IMG/VR virus record: IMGVR_UViG_3300027581_000001
DNA: 64,000 nucleotides
Strand: one strand, 5' to 3'
From: an uncultured virus (IMG/VR IMGVR_UViG_3300027581_000001)
Taxonomy: Duplodnaviria; Heunggongvirae; Uroviricota; Caudoviricetes; Kyanoviridae
Of this stretch, positions 28,330-38,362 are shown in pieces. The notes under the pieces are model-generated. The model was not told the origin of the DNA and made no database searches. It was given only the letters and a program-made list of their open reading frames with translations. The position numbers and the translations under genes were made by a program. Within the stretch, counting starts at the first letter, position 1. Each line of letters begins with the position of its first letter.

Positions 28330-29190
28330 TTACTTACTCCAATTTTGAATAATCCAACGATCAGGAACAATGTCTGAAATATCTAGGTGCGAACTAGCAG
28401 TTCCAAACCACTTCTTAGGATCTGGTGCAATTACTTTTCCCCGATTATTTTGCAACCATGCACCCCACCAAGAAAATGATGAATTTGCAATAATTGCACC
28501 AGAACACAGACTCATTAAACACAAGTCAACTTGTGGGAGAAGAGTATTCTGAGGTTTTCCAAGACCGTCTACAGTTTTATATGTGTACCTATCATTACTT
28601 TCATTAAACAAGAAACGATCTTGTTTAAAAAATTCTTGTTTCTTACACCACTCAATATCATCAGTGAAAACAAAACATTGCGTATCTTCAGGGAACTGAG
28701 TTAAAGATTTTTCAAAATATGAAATGGGAAGAATTGGGTGATATTGTTCCCTATCTATTGCATCAGTCCTTCTAACATGTAAAAAGATAGGATCACCATT
28801 TAAAGAGTCAATATACTCTTTACAAGGATCGAGGTAATCTTTTCTAAAAGTAAAGTCCTCACGGATTTTTTCTGAAATGTGACTGAAATATTTTTCAGTT
28901 TGAAAATATCCATCTAGGCTTACATCATCTGGACATTCTTCAAAAAAGTCTGGAATAAAGCAATGATTATTTTCTTGTATGTAATTACCTTCCACAAATC
29001 CAATATTATTTGGTTTAACATTTAATAATTTAAATGTTTCAAAGAGACCATAGTTATCTTTATGATCATAAGTATCTGGGGGAATCACCCAATCATATCC
29101 ACGTTTTGTAGCAATACCTCTAAGTGCTGCATATTGGAACATCTGGTTTCCCAGACGACCATTACTTCCTAGTCTATTATATCCAATCAT
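28330..29190 (-). CDS. Glycosyltransferase family 11 (alpha-1,2-fucosyltransferase-like)
   Basis: GRLGNQMFQYA, GYFQTEKYF, HVRRTD, NSSFSWWGAWL. Confidence 0.9.
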   Translation of the reverse strand: MIGYNRLGSNGRLGNQMFQYAALRGIATKRGYDWVIPPDTYDHKDNYGLFETFKLLNVKPNNIGFVEGNYIQENNHCFIPDFFEECPDDVSLDGYFQTEKYFSHISEKIREDFTFRKDYLDPCKEYIDSLNGDPIFLHVRRTDAIDREQYHPILPISYFEKSLTQFPEDTQCFVFTDDIEWCKKQEFFKQDRFLFNESNDRYTYKTVDGLGKPQNTLLPQVDLCLMSLCSGAIIANSSFSWWGAWLQNNRGKVIAPDPKKWFGTASSHLDISDIVPDRWIIQNWSK

Positions 29191-30375
29191 AAATCAATCC
29201 AAAAAACTTCTTCACAAGGAATTCCCCATATAATTCTATCATCACATTTAGATTTTACAAGATCGTCTACAACATAAACTTTATAATTAAGATTTAGTAA
29301 GTCACAACATAAACGATATTGTTGACTCTCTTCTATAATATCAGTGTCTTCCTTATATGAAACATAATGAAAACAAAATGGAAGATTTTGTTCGTTCTTA
29401 TTTACAAAACAATCAACTAAAAATTTAGAATGTTCTTGATTAAAACTATCAGTCGTCAATCCAAGATTATATTCTAATCCCAACTTCTTTGCATGTGCAG
29501 CAAAAGCACGATTATCTCTTGGAAGACAAGGACCACCATATCCATATCCAAATTTTAGATACTTAGAACCAACACGAGTATCATCACCAATTGCTTTAAG
29601 AACTTTAGAAATTTCACATTCTCTACCACTTAAAGCCATGACTTCTCCTACCATATTTGCATAAGTGATTTTAGTAGTAAGAAAACAATTAACTGCTAAT
29701 TTAACAAGTTCAGCAGCAGTTGTACTCATTACATGAACTTTTGGTTCAATCAATTGTATTTTAGTTAACTGCTAATTTAACAAGTTCAGCAGCAGTTGTA
29801 CTCATAGTATGAACTTTTGGTTCAATCAATTGTATTTTAGTATAGATTTCTTTAATAACATCAAGATACCTTCCTTCACCACCGATTAAGACCATATCAG
29901 CATATTGAAGGTCTTTAATGATAGATCCCTGTGCAATAAATTCTGGGTTATAATATACATCAATACCATAAGAACTTAATTGTTCTTGAAACATTTCACA
30001 ATCACCAGGATTTGTGGTACATCCAACGATAAATGTTTTACCATGAATTGGAAATTCACAATTTTTGAAATCTTCCACTACTTGCCAAACGGCACTCACA
30101 TCATAACTACCATCTAATAGTGATGGTGTTGGAACAAGTGTGTAAACAATATCACACTGTTTAATGACTTCCACATTATCAAGAGTTGCTATAAAGTTTT
30201 TAGCATCATCAAGCATTTCTACAACTTGTGGTTCGTTTGTGTTGATAATACGATTATTCAATCTAGTGACATAATCATCACGACAATCAGATACAATTAC
30301 TTCATATCCTGCTTTTTCAAGAAGAAGTGCAAGGCATATGCCAAGTCTTCCTGCACCAATAAGTCCTATTTTCAT
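29187..30375 (-). pseudogene. ugd: UDP-glucose/GDP-mannose 6-dehydrogenase split into two ORFs by a 76-bp duplication
   Basis: GAGRLG, VPTP, NPEFIAQG in 29761-30375; AELVKL..N and GYGGPCLPRD in 29187-29753; duplication 29689-29764/29765-29840. Confidence 0.85.
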
Positions 30376-31145
30376 TTTAATTTTGCTGTGATAAGTAAGT
30401 GCCAACCAAGGTTTTTCTCAAGAGTCTCAAACATTCCTGTGGGCATTGCATCAAACCAAGGTTGTTTGATATATTTACCTTTTTTATAAGGTTCTATTTG
30501 ATAGGGAAAGATATGATCTTGTTCAATAGAGAGAACCTCATATTCATCCAATAATTCTACAACATCTTGTTTTGTATATGTATTAGCAATCGGACAACCA
30601 TATTGTGCTTCTGGTTGATCCAATCCTGCATCAATCATATAATTTTTCCAAGAGTCTTTTGCATAAAGCATAATTTTAAGTACACTATTTTCATTCATAT
30701 ACTTTTTAATTTCAGAAACAATCTTTTCTGGATGTGGACTATGATGTATCACACCAAAAGAATAAATCAAATCATAGGTTTCAATGTGAACAAAAGAAGA
30801 AAGTTCTTCTGCATTACCCAGATAAAACTTACCAGATTGATTATACACCTCAAATCTTTTTTTTGCAATTTCAAGACTTTCTTTTGAGAGTTCTACTCCA
30901 GTATAATCTGCACCATTTAATGCAAAGTTAATTCCAACTGTACCAAGACCACAACCAACCTCTAAAACTTTTTTATTTTTCCATTGAGGAAATTCAGTAA
31001 ATTTTAGAATATGAGGTTCTACAAAAAACTTTTTTCTTTCTACTTCATTAAAGTATTCTTTAGTTCCAATCTCTTTACTGGAATGTTTAATATTACAAGG
31101 ACGGTCATTCCAAAATCTTTTTACTTCTTCTATAGTTGCTTTCAT
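30372..31145 (-). CDS. Class I SAM-dependent methyltransferase
   Basis: VLEVGCGLG, YDLIYSFGVIHH. Confidence 0.9.
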   Translation of the reverse strand: MKATIEEVKRFWNDRPCNIKHSSKEIGTKEYFNEVERKKFFVEPHILKFTEFPQWKNKKVLEVGCGLGTVGINFALNGADYTGVELSKESLEIAKKRFEVYNQSGKFYLGNAEELSSFVHIETYDLIYSFGVIHHSPHPEKIVSEIKKYMNENSVLKIMLYAKDSWKNYMIDAGLDQPEAQYGCPIANTYTKQDVVELLDEYEVLSIEQDHIFPYQIEPYKKGKYIKQPWFDAMPTGMFETLEKNLGWHLLITAKLK

Positions 31146-31795
31146 AGTTCTTTATAAAAATGTGTCCAATCATATCCTTTATTTTTTAAATGTGTCCAAG
31201 GATGAACCTCTACTCCATCTCTAGAATTTACCTGTTTAAGAATTTCATACTTATCCTCACTAATATATTTTGGATTAATCCAAAAATCTTCTATCCATTC
31301 ACATTGTCTAACAAGGATATATCCCTTTTCTTGCAAAAAATTTCTTTGTGGAATTTTTTCGGTTTCATCATAACCACAATATGCATCATGTTCTATTGTA
31401 ATAGATTTGAATTCATATTCAGTTTCAAAGACTTTTTTTAAAATATTAAATCTTTCTCCAGGAATTTCTAAATCAATTGAAAGAAGATCTATTGGAGATT
31501 CCAAATTTAAATTTTCAAATTCTTTCTGATAATTTACAGTAAACGCATCACGGTTTAAATATTTACTATTTGGTCTTTCATTTTCCCATTCTGGAGTAAA
31601 ATACTCCAAATCAACAGCAAAACCTCTCCACCCATATTGTTCCAAAAGGTATGTATTATTATGAAATATTGGATGACGGCAACCAATATCAACAAAAGTG
31701 CCGTGGTGCTGTTTACCAAAGACAATCATTGCATAGATATCTTGTAAACCACCTGCATACATATCGTTTACAGTTTGCAAATCATAGTTAATCAT
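31142..31795 (-). CDS. FkbM-like methyltransferase
   Basis: QD..GTFVDIG..NNTYLLE..GWRG, IDLLSIDLE, ITIEHD. Confidence 0.75.
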   Translation of the reverse strand: MINYDLQTVNDMYAGGLQDIYAMIVFGKQHHGTFVDIGCRHPIFHNNTYLLEQYGWRGFAVDLEYFTPEWENERPNSKYLNRDAFTVNYQKEFENLNLESPIDLLSIDLEIPGERFNILKKVFETEYEFKSITIEHDAYCGYDETEKIPQRNFLQEKGYILVRQCEWIEDFWINPKYISEDKYEILKQVNSRDGVEVHPWTHLKNKGYDWTHFYKEL

Positions 31796-32550
31796 ATCTT
31801 AAATGTGGGGATAGGGTTCATTTTGTGTCTATTCATAGTAGAAAATTTTAAAAGTGGTCCCAGTCCAGGACCTTCTCCAGTTTCCATTGCTTGTTCTAGT
31901 TCCGTATATGAGGCACCAATCTGGTCTTCATCAGTTCGTCCATCATCCCAAAGTCCATCTGTTGGTTTTGCATCAATAATTGATTGATTTACCCCAAGAT
32001 ATTTTCCAAGTTCCCATACTTCAGTTTTATAGAGATCTGCGATGGGAGCAATATCAACTCCACCGTCACCATATTTAGTATAGAATCCTATACCATAATC
32101 TTCAACTTTATTACCAGTACCAACAACAATACCACCAACAGTTCCGGCAATCTGATACAAAGTCACCATACGAAGACGAGACTTTGTATTTGCATTAGCA
32201 AGTTCATTATTAATGTATTCTAAGCTATCAGTCCATAGATTTAAACTATGAATAAATTTATTATAAACATCAGAAAGATCTACACGAATTCGAATAACAT
32301 TGTTATATTTTTTTTCTAATAATTTTGTATGCTCATCAGACAGTTTATCACTATCAATCTTTGACAAAAGTGGCATCGACAAAACATAAGTTTTTATTCC
32401 AGTTTCTGCACAGAGAGTAGATACTACAGCAGAATCAATACCACCAGATACTCCGATAACAAGTGCTTTAATATTATTATCAGAAACATAATTCTGAATC
32501 CAGGAGGTAATCCTCATTTTCAGGTTTTCGTAATTTTTAATCCGATTCAT
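31792..32550 (-). CDS. nadE: NH3-dependent NAD+ synthetase
   Basis: GVSGGIDS, NTKSRLRM, GTGNKVE..GFYTKYGDG, KPTDGLW..TDE. Confidence 0.93.
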   Translation of the reverse strand: MNRIKNYENLKMRITSWIQNYVSDNNIKALVIGVSGGIDSAVVSTLCAETGIKTYVLSMPLLSKIDSDKLSDEHTKLLEKKYNNVIRIRVDLSDVYNKFIHSLNLWTDSLEYINNELANANTKSRLRMVTLYQIAGTVGGIVVGTGNKVEDYGIGFYTKYGDGGVDIAPIADLYKTEVWELGKYLGVNQSIIDAKPTDGLWDDGRTDEDQIGASYTELEQAMETGEGPGLGPLLKFSTMNRHKMNPIPTFKI

Positions 32551-33404
32551 AACACAATCCAATCAGAACAATAAAGGTCTTTTGTATCTTTATCCGAATA
32601 TGCAGGACCAAACCACATACGAGGAGCAATTACTTTTTTATTAGGGTTTGAAATTAACCAAGCCCCCCACCATGAGAGAGTGGAGTTAGCAACAATACCA
32701 CCTTTACAATTAGCCATTATGCATAGGTCAACGTAAGGAGTATACGATCCATCTGGATACTTTTCATCTGGAGTTGAGACATAAAAACGATCCGGTTTAA
32801 AAATCTCCTGTTCCAACACCCATTCTGGGGAATCCGAAACAACTACAACTTCCTGATCCTCTGGGAAGAGTTTGAGAGCTTCTTCATAATACTCTATAGA
32901 TTGTGTCGGATGCATATCAGAACACTCAGTATAAGCCCACTTAAATCCTCTAGCGTCCACAAGATTGGGATTTCCACGGCGAACATGAAGGAAAATTGGG
33001 TCTTTCAATTCAGAAATAAATCCAACCACAGGTTTAGTTAAGTCTTCATGAAAAGTAAATTCATTTCTAATTTCAGATTCAATATGTTTGAAATACTTTT
33101 CAGTTTGGAAAAATCCGTGGAGAGATACATCATTTGGACAAAGGTCTAGAAGTTCTTTATCAAAATGAAAATGTTTTTCCATAACAACTGGAGCAACTCC
33201 ACAATCAAGAATGTATTGATTCGTAGATTTCACTCCATCAAGTGTAAAGCAATTTGCAAGACTATAATTATCTATTCTTTGAACACCGTAGGGGGGAATG
33301 CACCAATCATAACCTTTTGCTGCAGCAATACCTCTGAGTGCTGCATACTGAAACATCTGGTTACCTAGACGACCTATATTTCCTAGTTCATTAAACGCTA
33401 ACAT
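32547..33404 (-). CDS. Glycosyltransferase family 11
   Basis: GRLGNQMFQYA, HVRRG, NSTLSWWGAWL. Confidence 0.9.
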   Translation of the reverse strand: MLAFNELGNIGRLGNQMFQYAALRGIAAAKGYDWCIPPYGVQRIDNYSLANCFTLDGVKSTNQYILDCGVAPVVMEKHFHFDKELLDLCPNDVSLHGFFQTEKYFKHIESEIRNEFTFHEDLTKPVVGFISELKDPIFLHVRRGNPNLVDARGFKWAYTECSDMHPTQSIEYYEEALKLFPEDQEVVVVSDSPEWVLEQEIFKPDRFYVSTPDEKYPDGSYTPYVDLCIMANCKGGIVANSTLSWWGAWLISNPNKKVIAPRMWFGPAYSDKDTKDLYCSDWIVL

Positions 33405-34212
33405 TGAGTTGATTCCTCCTTTCTTGAATATAAGATTGTTGTTCGTAGTATTCCTTTAATTTAGGTGGACCCCAGGTTCTGATATTTTGCCATAGATTAT
33501 GATTGTCCTGGAACTTAGGATTATGATAATGAGAATTAAAAGTTCTACTGTGTTCAAAATGATATACATCGGAATTAACTCTCCCAACTCTACATCCAAA
33601 TGAATTGAGTCTGAAATAAAATTCACAATCCTCAGCTCCCCAAGAAAGAAAATTTTCATTCCAAAGTCCAATATCAATTTCTGTTTGACGTTTAATCATC
33701 TGTCCCCAACCAACAGAAGAAGCAACTCTAAACTTGCAATCATCTAATACTGAAAAATTAAATCCAGAATCTAAGAATTTATTAAATGCACTCTCAGAAT
33801 AATTTACTGCCCACTGGTAAACTCCACATCCAAATGGGTATACTACATCTACATTCCCACTTAATATATCTTGATATGCCGATTGATAACTCGATACTGG
33901 CAAAACAATATCAACATCATGATTATAAACAATTTCGGTGTCAGAAGCAACCAATAAATCGTTTAAAATACGAGTTTTATGAAAAAATTTCTCAGTACTA
34001 TCCTCAAATATGTGAGTTAAATTACTAGTATTGGCATAATTACTAATTGTAGGATAGGCTATAAACTTAAAATGTGAATATGTATCTACCTCTTTAATAA
34101 TTACTTTTGATTCTGGAAAATTCCTCAGGAGATAAGTTACAGAAGTAACTACATTTCGCAGTCTATCCTGAGATTCAATTCTGCATGGTAATAAAAATGT
34201 TAGATCTTTCAT
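33391..34212 (-). CDS. GT2/GT7-like glycosyltransferase
   Basis: HDVD (DxD), WNENFLSWGAED, HFEH. Confidence 0.8.
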   Translation of the reverse strand: MKDLTFLLPCRIESQDRLRNVVTSVTYLLRNFPESKVIIKEVDTYSHFKFIAYPTISNYANTSNLTHIFEDSTEKFFHKTRILNDLLVASDTEIVYNHDVDIVLPVSSYQSAYQDILSGNVDVVYPFGCGVYQWAVNYSESAFNKFLDSGFNFSVLDDCKFRVASSVGWGQMIKRQTEIDIGLWNENFLSWGAEDCEFYFRLNSFGCRVGRVNSDVYHFEHSRTFNSHYHNPKFQDNHNLWQNIRTWGPPKLKEYYEQQSYIQERRNQLNVSV

Positions 34213-34213
34213 A

Positions 34214-35107
34214 TCAATCCTCGGGGGGAACCTCTTTGGGATCATTATATTTTTCAACCCACTCATCTGGGATTAGATCATCCATATTATAATGAGAATA
34301 TGCAGATCCAAACCAAGGTTTTGGTACAATAACTTTCTTATTGGGATTGTTAATTAACCAAGCACCCCACCAAGAGAGTGTACTATTCGCAATAATAGCA
34401 TCAGAACAAAGAGACATTAAACAAAGATCGACATAAGGAACTGATGCTCCATCATGAAAAACATCTTTAGAATTATCAGACATTAAAAATTTATCCCCTT
34501 TAAAGAATGATTGCTCCTTACACCAATCAATAACATCAGAAAAAACTAAAACTTGATAAGAATCATCAAATTCTTTTAGTGCTTCTTCATAATATTCAAA
34601 CTTACACAAAGGATGATACTCTTGAATAAGTTGATATGACCACTTTTCACCCCTAACTCCTTGGAGATTTGGATTACCACGTCGGACATGAAGAAATACT
34701 AGTTTTTTATTTCCAATGCTATCAATATATTCTTTACAAGGTTCCAACCACTCATCCTTAAAAGTAAAATCTTCACGAATTTCATTTTCAATATTTTTAA
34801 AATATTTTTCCGATTGAAAATACCCATCAAGATTAATGTCATCATCAATTTTATCAAAGATGTTTTGATTAAAGTGAAACTCTCTCCAAGAAATAGTTTT
34901 TTTGAGTTGTTCTCCTTGATTTTTTTCTTTGCAATTAATCAGGTTAAATGCATCAAACAATCCGTAGTTATCACATCTTTCTACATTTGCTGATGGAATC
35001 ATCCAATCAAATCTACGATTATCTGATATACCACGAATAGCAGCATACTGGAACATTTGATTTCCTAGTCGTCCTTCATTTCCAAGACCATTAAAAGAAA
35101 TTGCCAT
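34214..35107 (-). CDS. Glycosyltransferase family 11
   Basis: GRLGNQMFQYA, HVRRG, NSTLSWWGAWL. Confidence 0.9.
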   Translation of the reverse strand: MAISFNGLGNEGRLGNQMFQYAAIRGISDNRRFDWMIPSANVERCDNYGLFDAFNLINCKEKNQGEQLKKTISWREFHFNQNIFDKIDDDINLDGYFQSEKYFKNIENEIREDFTFKDEWLEPCKEYIDSIGNKKLVFLHVRRGNPNLQGVRGEKWSYQLIQEYHPLCKFEYYEEALKEFDDSYQVLVFSDVIDWCKEQSFFKGDKFLMSDNSKDVFHDGASVPYVDLCLMSLCSDAIIANSTLSWWGAWLINNPNKKVIVPKPWFGSAYSHYNMDDLIPDEWVEKYNDPKEVPPED

Positions 35108-35118
35108 TTTACTCCTTT

Positions 35119-35895
35119 CTAGTTTTTAGCTTTTGCTAGAATTACAGTATTTTCGTAATCTTTATTAGTAGTAAACTCAAAAGATTCTTGCATACTTGTT
35201 GTAAATTTATTATAGTATGAATCATTAAAATTGACAAGGTTATAAATGATGTATGCATATTTGGAATTTGCAATCAATTTATCATAATAATTTACTTGAG
35301 TGTCATATTCACACTCCGATAAAGCATAATTACTAATGAAGAGATCGATGTCTTTTACTTCTACAACATCATCACAACTAACGAACTTACACTTGGAATA
35401 TAACTCAGGAAAATTACTAAGATATTTTTCTTGAACTTTAACTGCTTCTGGTAGATCGATTAGAATATACTCATCAAATTCACATACTACACTGAGAGTC
35501 TTACAAAGACCTCCATATCCGCCGCCCACTTCAACTACACGGTTGATTATATTATCTTCGATGAGAGTAGCCATCTCAAATACATTCTTAATATATCGAA
35601 TTGTGGTGGGAGAGATTTTACCAGTTTCTGGGTAGGAAAATCTATCCGGAGACCCAATAGTATCATTCTCCCTAAATGCTTCAATATTTTCAAGTAAAGC
35701 ATCTCCAGACATTTCCATGGCAAGTCGAAGATACTCTGCACCCTGGATAGGGCTAACATGTTCTAAAATATTTTTATATCCTTGAATAGATTTAAACTTT
35801 GCAAAAACTTCTTCATCTTCAACAAGAGAAATGCAAGTATCTATGTACTCATCTGCGTATTGTTTTTCAGCTGTCCAACCTTTGTAGTTATTCAT
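35119..35895 (-). CDS. Putative sugar O-methyltransferase
   Basis: VVEVGGGYGG, LIDLP, DLFISNYALSE. Confidence 0.75.
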   Translation of the reverse strand: MNNYKGWTAEKQYADEYIDTCISLVEDEEVFAKFKSIQGYKNILEHVSPIQGAEYLRLAMEMSGDALLENIEAFRENDTIGSPDRFSYPETGKISPTTIRYIKNVFEMATLIEDNIINRVVEVGGGYGGLCKTLSVVCEFDEYILIDLPEAVKVQEKYLSNFPELYSKCKFVSCDDVVEVKDIDLFISNYALSECEYDTQVNYYDKLIANSKYAYIIYNLVNFNDSYYNKFTTSMQESFEFTTNKDYENTVILAKAKN

Positions 35896-36686
35896 TTCCA
35901 GTATGTTTTGTAGAGGTAATCTTCTGCAATAAGCAGATTGTTTGCACGTTCAAAGTTATCCTTGATCGCATTCATTTTAGTATAGTAAAGTTCTTCTGTC
36001 AAGATAGAGACATCAAAACTATCGTCCAAGAATATAATGCCATCTTCATCAAAATACTCAGTGACTCCCTTGCAGCCATAGAAAACTGGAATAGTTCCTG
36101 TTACAAAACAATCGGTTAGTTTTTCTGTGAAGTATGTATCATACACGGCGTTCTCTACTGATATAGAGAACATATAATCTTTCATACCATCTTCTTTTCT
36201 AGATAGATCTTGAAATCCACGACCATATAAATCCACTTGATCTCGAAACTTATTCACAAATTCAAGTCTTTTACGATGACCAGAAACCATATTTTTGTTA
36301 GAAGAAATCATAGAGACTAACTTAGTCTTTTTATAAATTTCCCGTTCTTCAATCCAGGGAGCCGCATTACTTAATGCATATTGAAATTTTTGATACTTTT
36401 CACAAAGATGCTTATCACAAGTAAAAATGCCGTCTACTCTAGAGGCAACAAAATCATAATTTTCAATAATCCAATCATAAACACCCTGAATAATTTGTTT
36501 TGATTCTAGAAGCCAAATATACTTGGGGGTTGATGAAACATCCTGAAAAATATCTAAAGATTTTTGATTCACATAAAGACTCACTGCGCCTGAACCATCA
36601 TAAACCCACTGAGTATACTTGGAGGTGTTCTTATCCGATGTGGATGGAGTGAGAGAATCGTTAGAATGTAAATTGATTTTAAACAT
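35892..36686 (-). CDS. GT10-like (alpha-1,3-fucosyltransferase-like) glycosyltransferase
   Basis: YMFSISVEN..YFTEKL.DCF..GTIPVFYG. Confidence 0.75.
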   Translation of the reverse strand: MFKINLHSNDSLTPSTSDKNTSKYTQWVYDGSGAVSLYVNQKSLDIFQDVSSTPKYIWLLESKQIIQGVYDWIIENYDFVASRVDGIFTCDKHLCEKYQKFQYALSNAAPWIEEREIYKKTKLVSMISSNKNMVSGHRKRLEFVNKFRDQVDLYGRGFQDLSRKEDGMKDYMFSISVENAVYDTYFTEKLTDCFVTGTIPVFYGCKGVTEYFDEDGIIFLDDSFDVSILTEELYYTKMNAIKDNFERANNLLIAEDYLYKTYWK

Positions 36687-37530
36687 ATTTCTGTTTCATA
36701 TGATCAAATACTTTTGCAATACCTTTATCTATTCCAGTTTTTGGAATCCACCATTTAGATAAGTACATGTCTGGACGATTTTTTTTATCCATCTGAACAC
36801 TATCCTTTTCGGTAGATGGTTGCAATTTCACATCATACTTACCAATCAAATTAAATTGTCCCTTAATAGTATGAGCAATATCTAAAATACTAGTTGGATA
36901 ATAACTTGTAATATGAAGATTATCTTCTGATGTAAAATCATTATAATTATTCATAATTGCTTCAAGTGCTTCACAACAATCTTCGGCATACAGAAACTCA
37001 CGTTCTTCTTGTCCGTCAGTAAGCATATCAATCACACCGGTCTCAAATCCTTTACGAATAAAGTCTGTAATTACGTGGGCTTTCTCTTGATCTTTCTCAA
37101 TCCCATACACATTCCAGAACTTAACGATAAGTCCTTTGAGTGATTTAGTATAAAGTTCTCCAACATTTTTAAGTAGTCCATAAGGAGAATAACTCATGTT
37201 ACTCATCTGAGATGATGCAAAAATAAATCTTTTATTATATTTTCTAATAAGACCGAAGGCATTTGCCATCAAACGAGTGTTGTTATCAATGAATTGAAAA
37301 GTGTGTTGATATTTTTTAAGGTAACGAGAACCACCAACATCGAATGCAAGGAAAAAAACAAAATCTGCATTTTCAATTACATCTTCAAGATATTGATTAG
37401 GAATTGTGGTCATATCATGACTAGGATTTTTATTTTTATCAAATTCATAAACATTATGACCTTTATCTCTAAGATATTCTGTTAAGTAGGCTCCAATTTG
37501 TCCGCTAGATCCAAGAATAGTTATTTTCAT
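36679..37530 (-). CDS. NAD-dependent epimerase/dehydratase (extended SDR)
   Basis: GSSGQIG, YGLLK (YxxxK), NVYG. Confidence 0.85.
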   Translation of the reverse strand: MKITILGSSGQIGAYLTEYLRDKGHNVYEFDKNKNPSHDMTTIPNQYLEDVIENADFVFFLAFDVGGSRYLKKYQHTFQFIDNNTRLMANAFGLIRKYNKRFIFASSQMSNMSYSPYGLLKNVGELYTKSLKGLIVKFWNVYGIEKDQEKAHVITDFIRKGFETGVIDMLTDGQEEREFLYAEDCCEALEAIMNNYNDFTSEDNLHITSYYPTSILDIAHTIKGQFNLIGKYDVKLQPSTEKDSVQMDKKNRPDMYLSKWWIPKTGIDKGIAKVFDHMKQKYV

Positions 37531-37531
37531 G

Positions 37532-38362
37532 TTATAGATATGTTAAGTGTTTATCGTAAAATTCATAATTATAATGTTCAGAAAAGAATAATGATATGTG
37601 TGAAACATTACTATTCATAAGAAGCATTTTATCACATTTAGAAAGAATTAATATTTCTATAAACAAATTTTTAAGAGACTTAATTTTTTCTTCATCACTT
37701 TTTTGTAATGCATGAATTCCTATAGAATGATCATAATTATATTCAGATTTATTGTCATAAATCAATAATTTGTTTTGATATTTTTTAAAAAAATCTGTAT
37801 ATACAGAGTACTCATCGGAAGTTAAAAATATGTAATCATAATTATCAATTTCCTTATCTATAAAGAAAAAAATGTTTTCAGTTTTAAGTAAATGTGATTG
37901 ATTTGATGCATGTCCTATTGTTAAATGATCTCTTCCTCTTTTATGTACTCCCAATATTTTTTTATTTTTTAATTTTAAACAAAAGTTTTCAACTTCATTG
38001 AGAATATATGGGTTTATTTTAATATATTTTTTACATATAGTTTTATACTTTTCAACAAATTTAAAATCACAATACTTTTTTCGGTCTTTAGAATCGTATC
38101 CCAAATTCCAAAATTCTATAAAATCTATAAGTTCACTAAATTGGTCTGATATTATTGTTTTGGGAATTACATTTGAGAATGGTTGTTCAAATATAAGTTC
38201 CCAAGTATTTTGATTTTGATTAGAATAATTTAAATTTCTAATATCAATTTCACATTTAATGTTATTACTGAGACAATAATCAATTAAACAAAGAACTATT
38301 TGAAAGTGGGCCCCAAAACCAACTTCACGATGTTGGTATAATTTAAAGTCATTTTTTGTCAT
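37532..38362 (-). CDS. NodZ/GT23-like O-fucosyltransferase-fold protein
   Basis: GFGA near the N-terminus, LGVHKRGRD, IFLTSD, ILSKCD..SNVS; very AT-rich; start approximate. Confidence 0.65.
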   Translation of the reverse strand: MTKNDFKLYQHREVGFGAHFQIVLCLIDYCLSNNIKCEIDIRNLNYSNQNQNTWELIFEQPFSNVIPKTIISDQFSELIDFIEFWNLGYDSKDRKKYCDFKFVEKYKTICKKYIKINPYILNEVENFCLKLKNKKILGVHKRGRDHLTIGHASNQSHLLKTENIFFFIDKEIDNYDYIFLTSDEYSVYTDFFKKYQNKLLIYDNKSEYNYDHSIGIHALQKSDEEKIKSLKNLFIEILILSKCDKMLLMNSNVSHISLFFSEHYNYEFYDKHLTYL

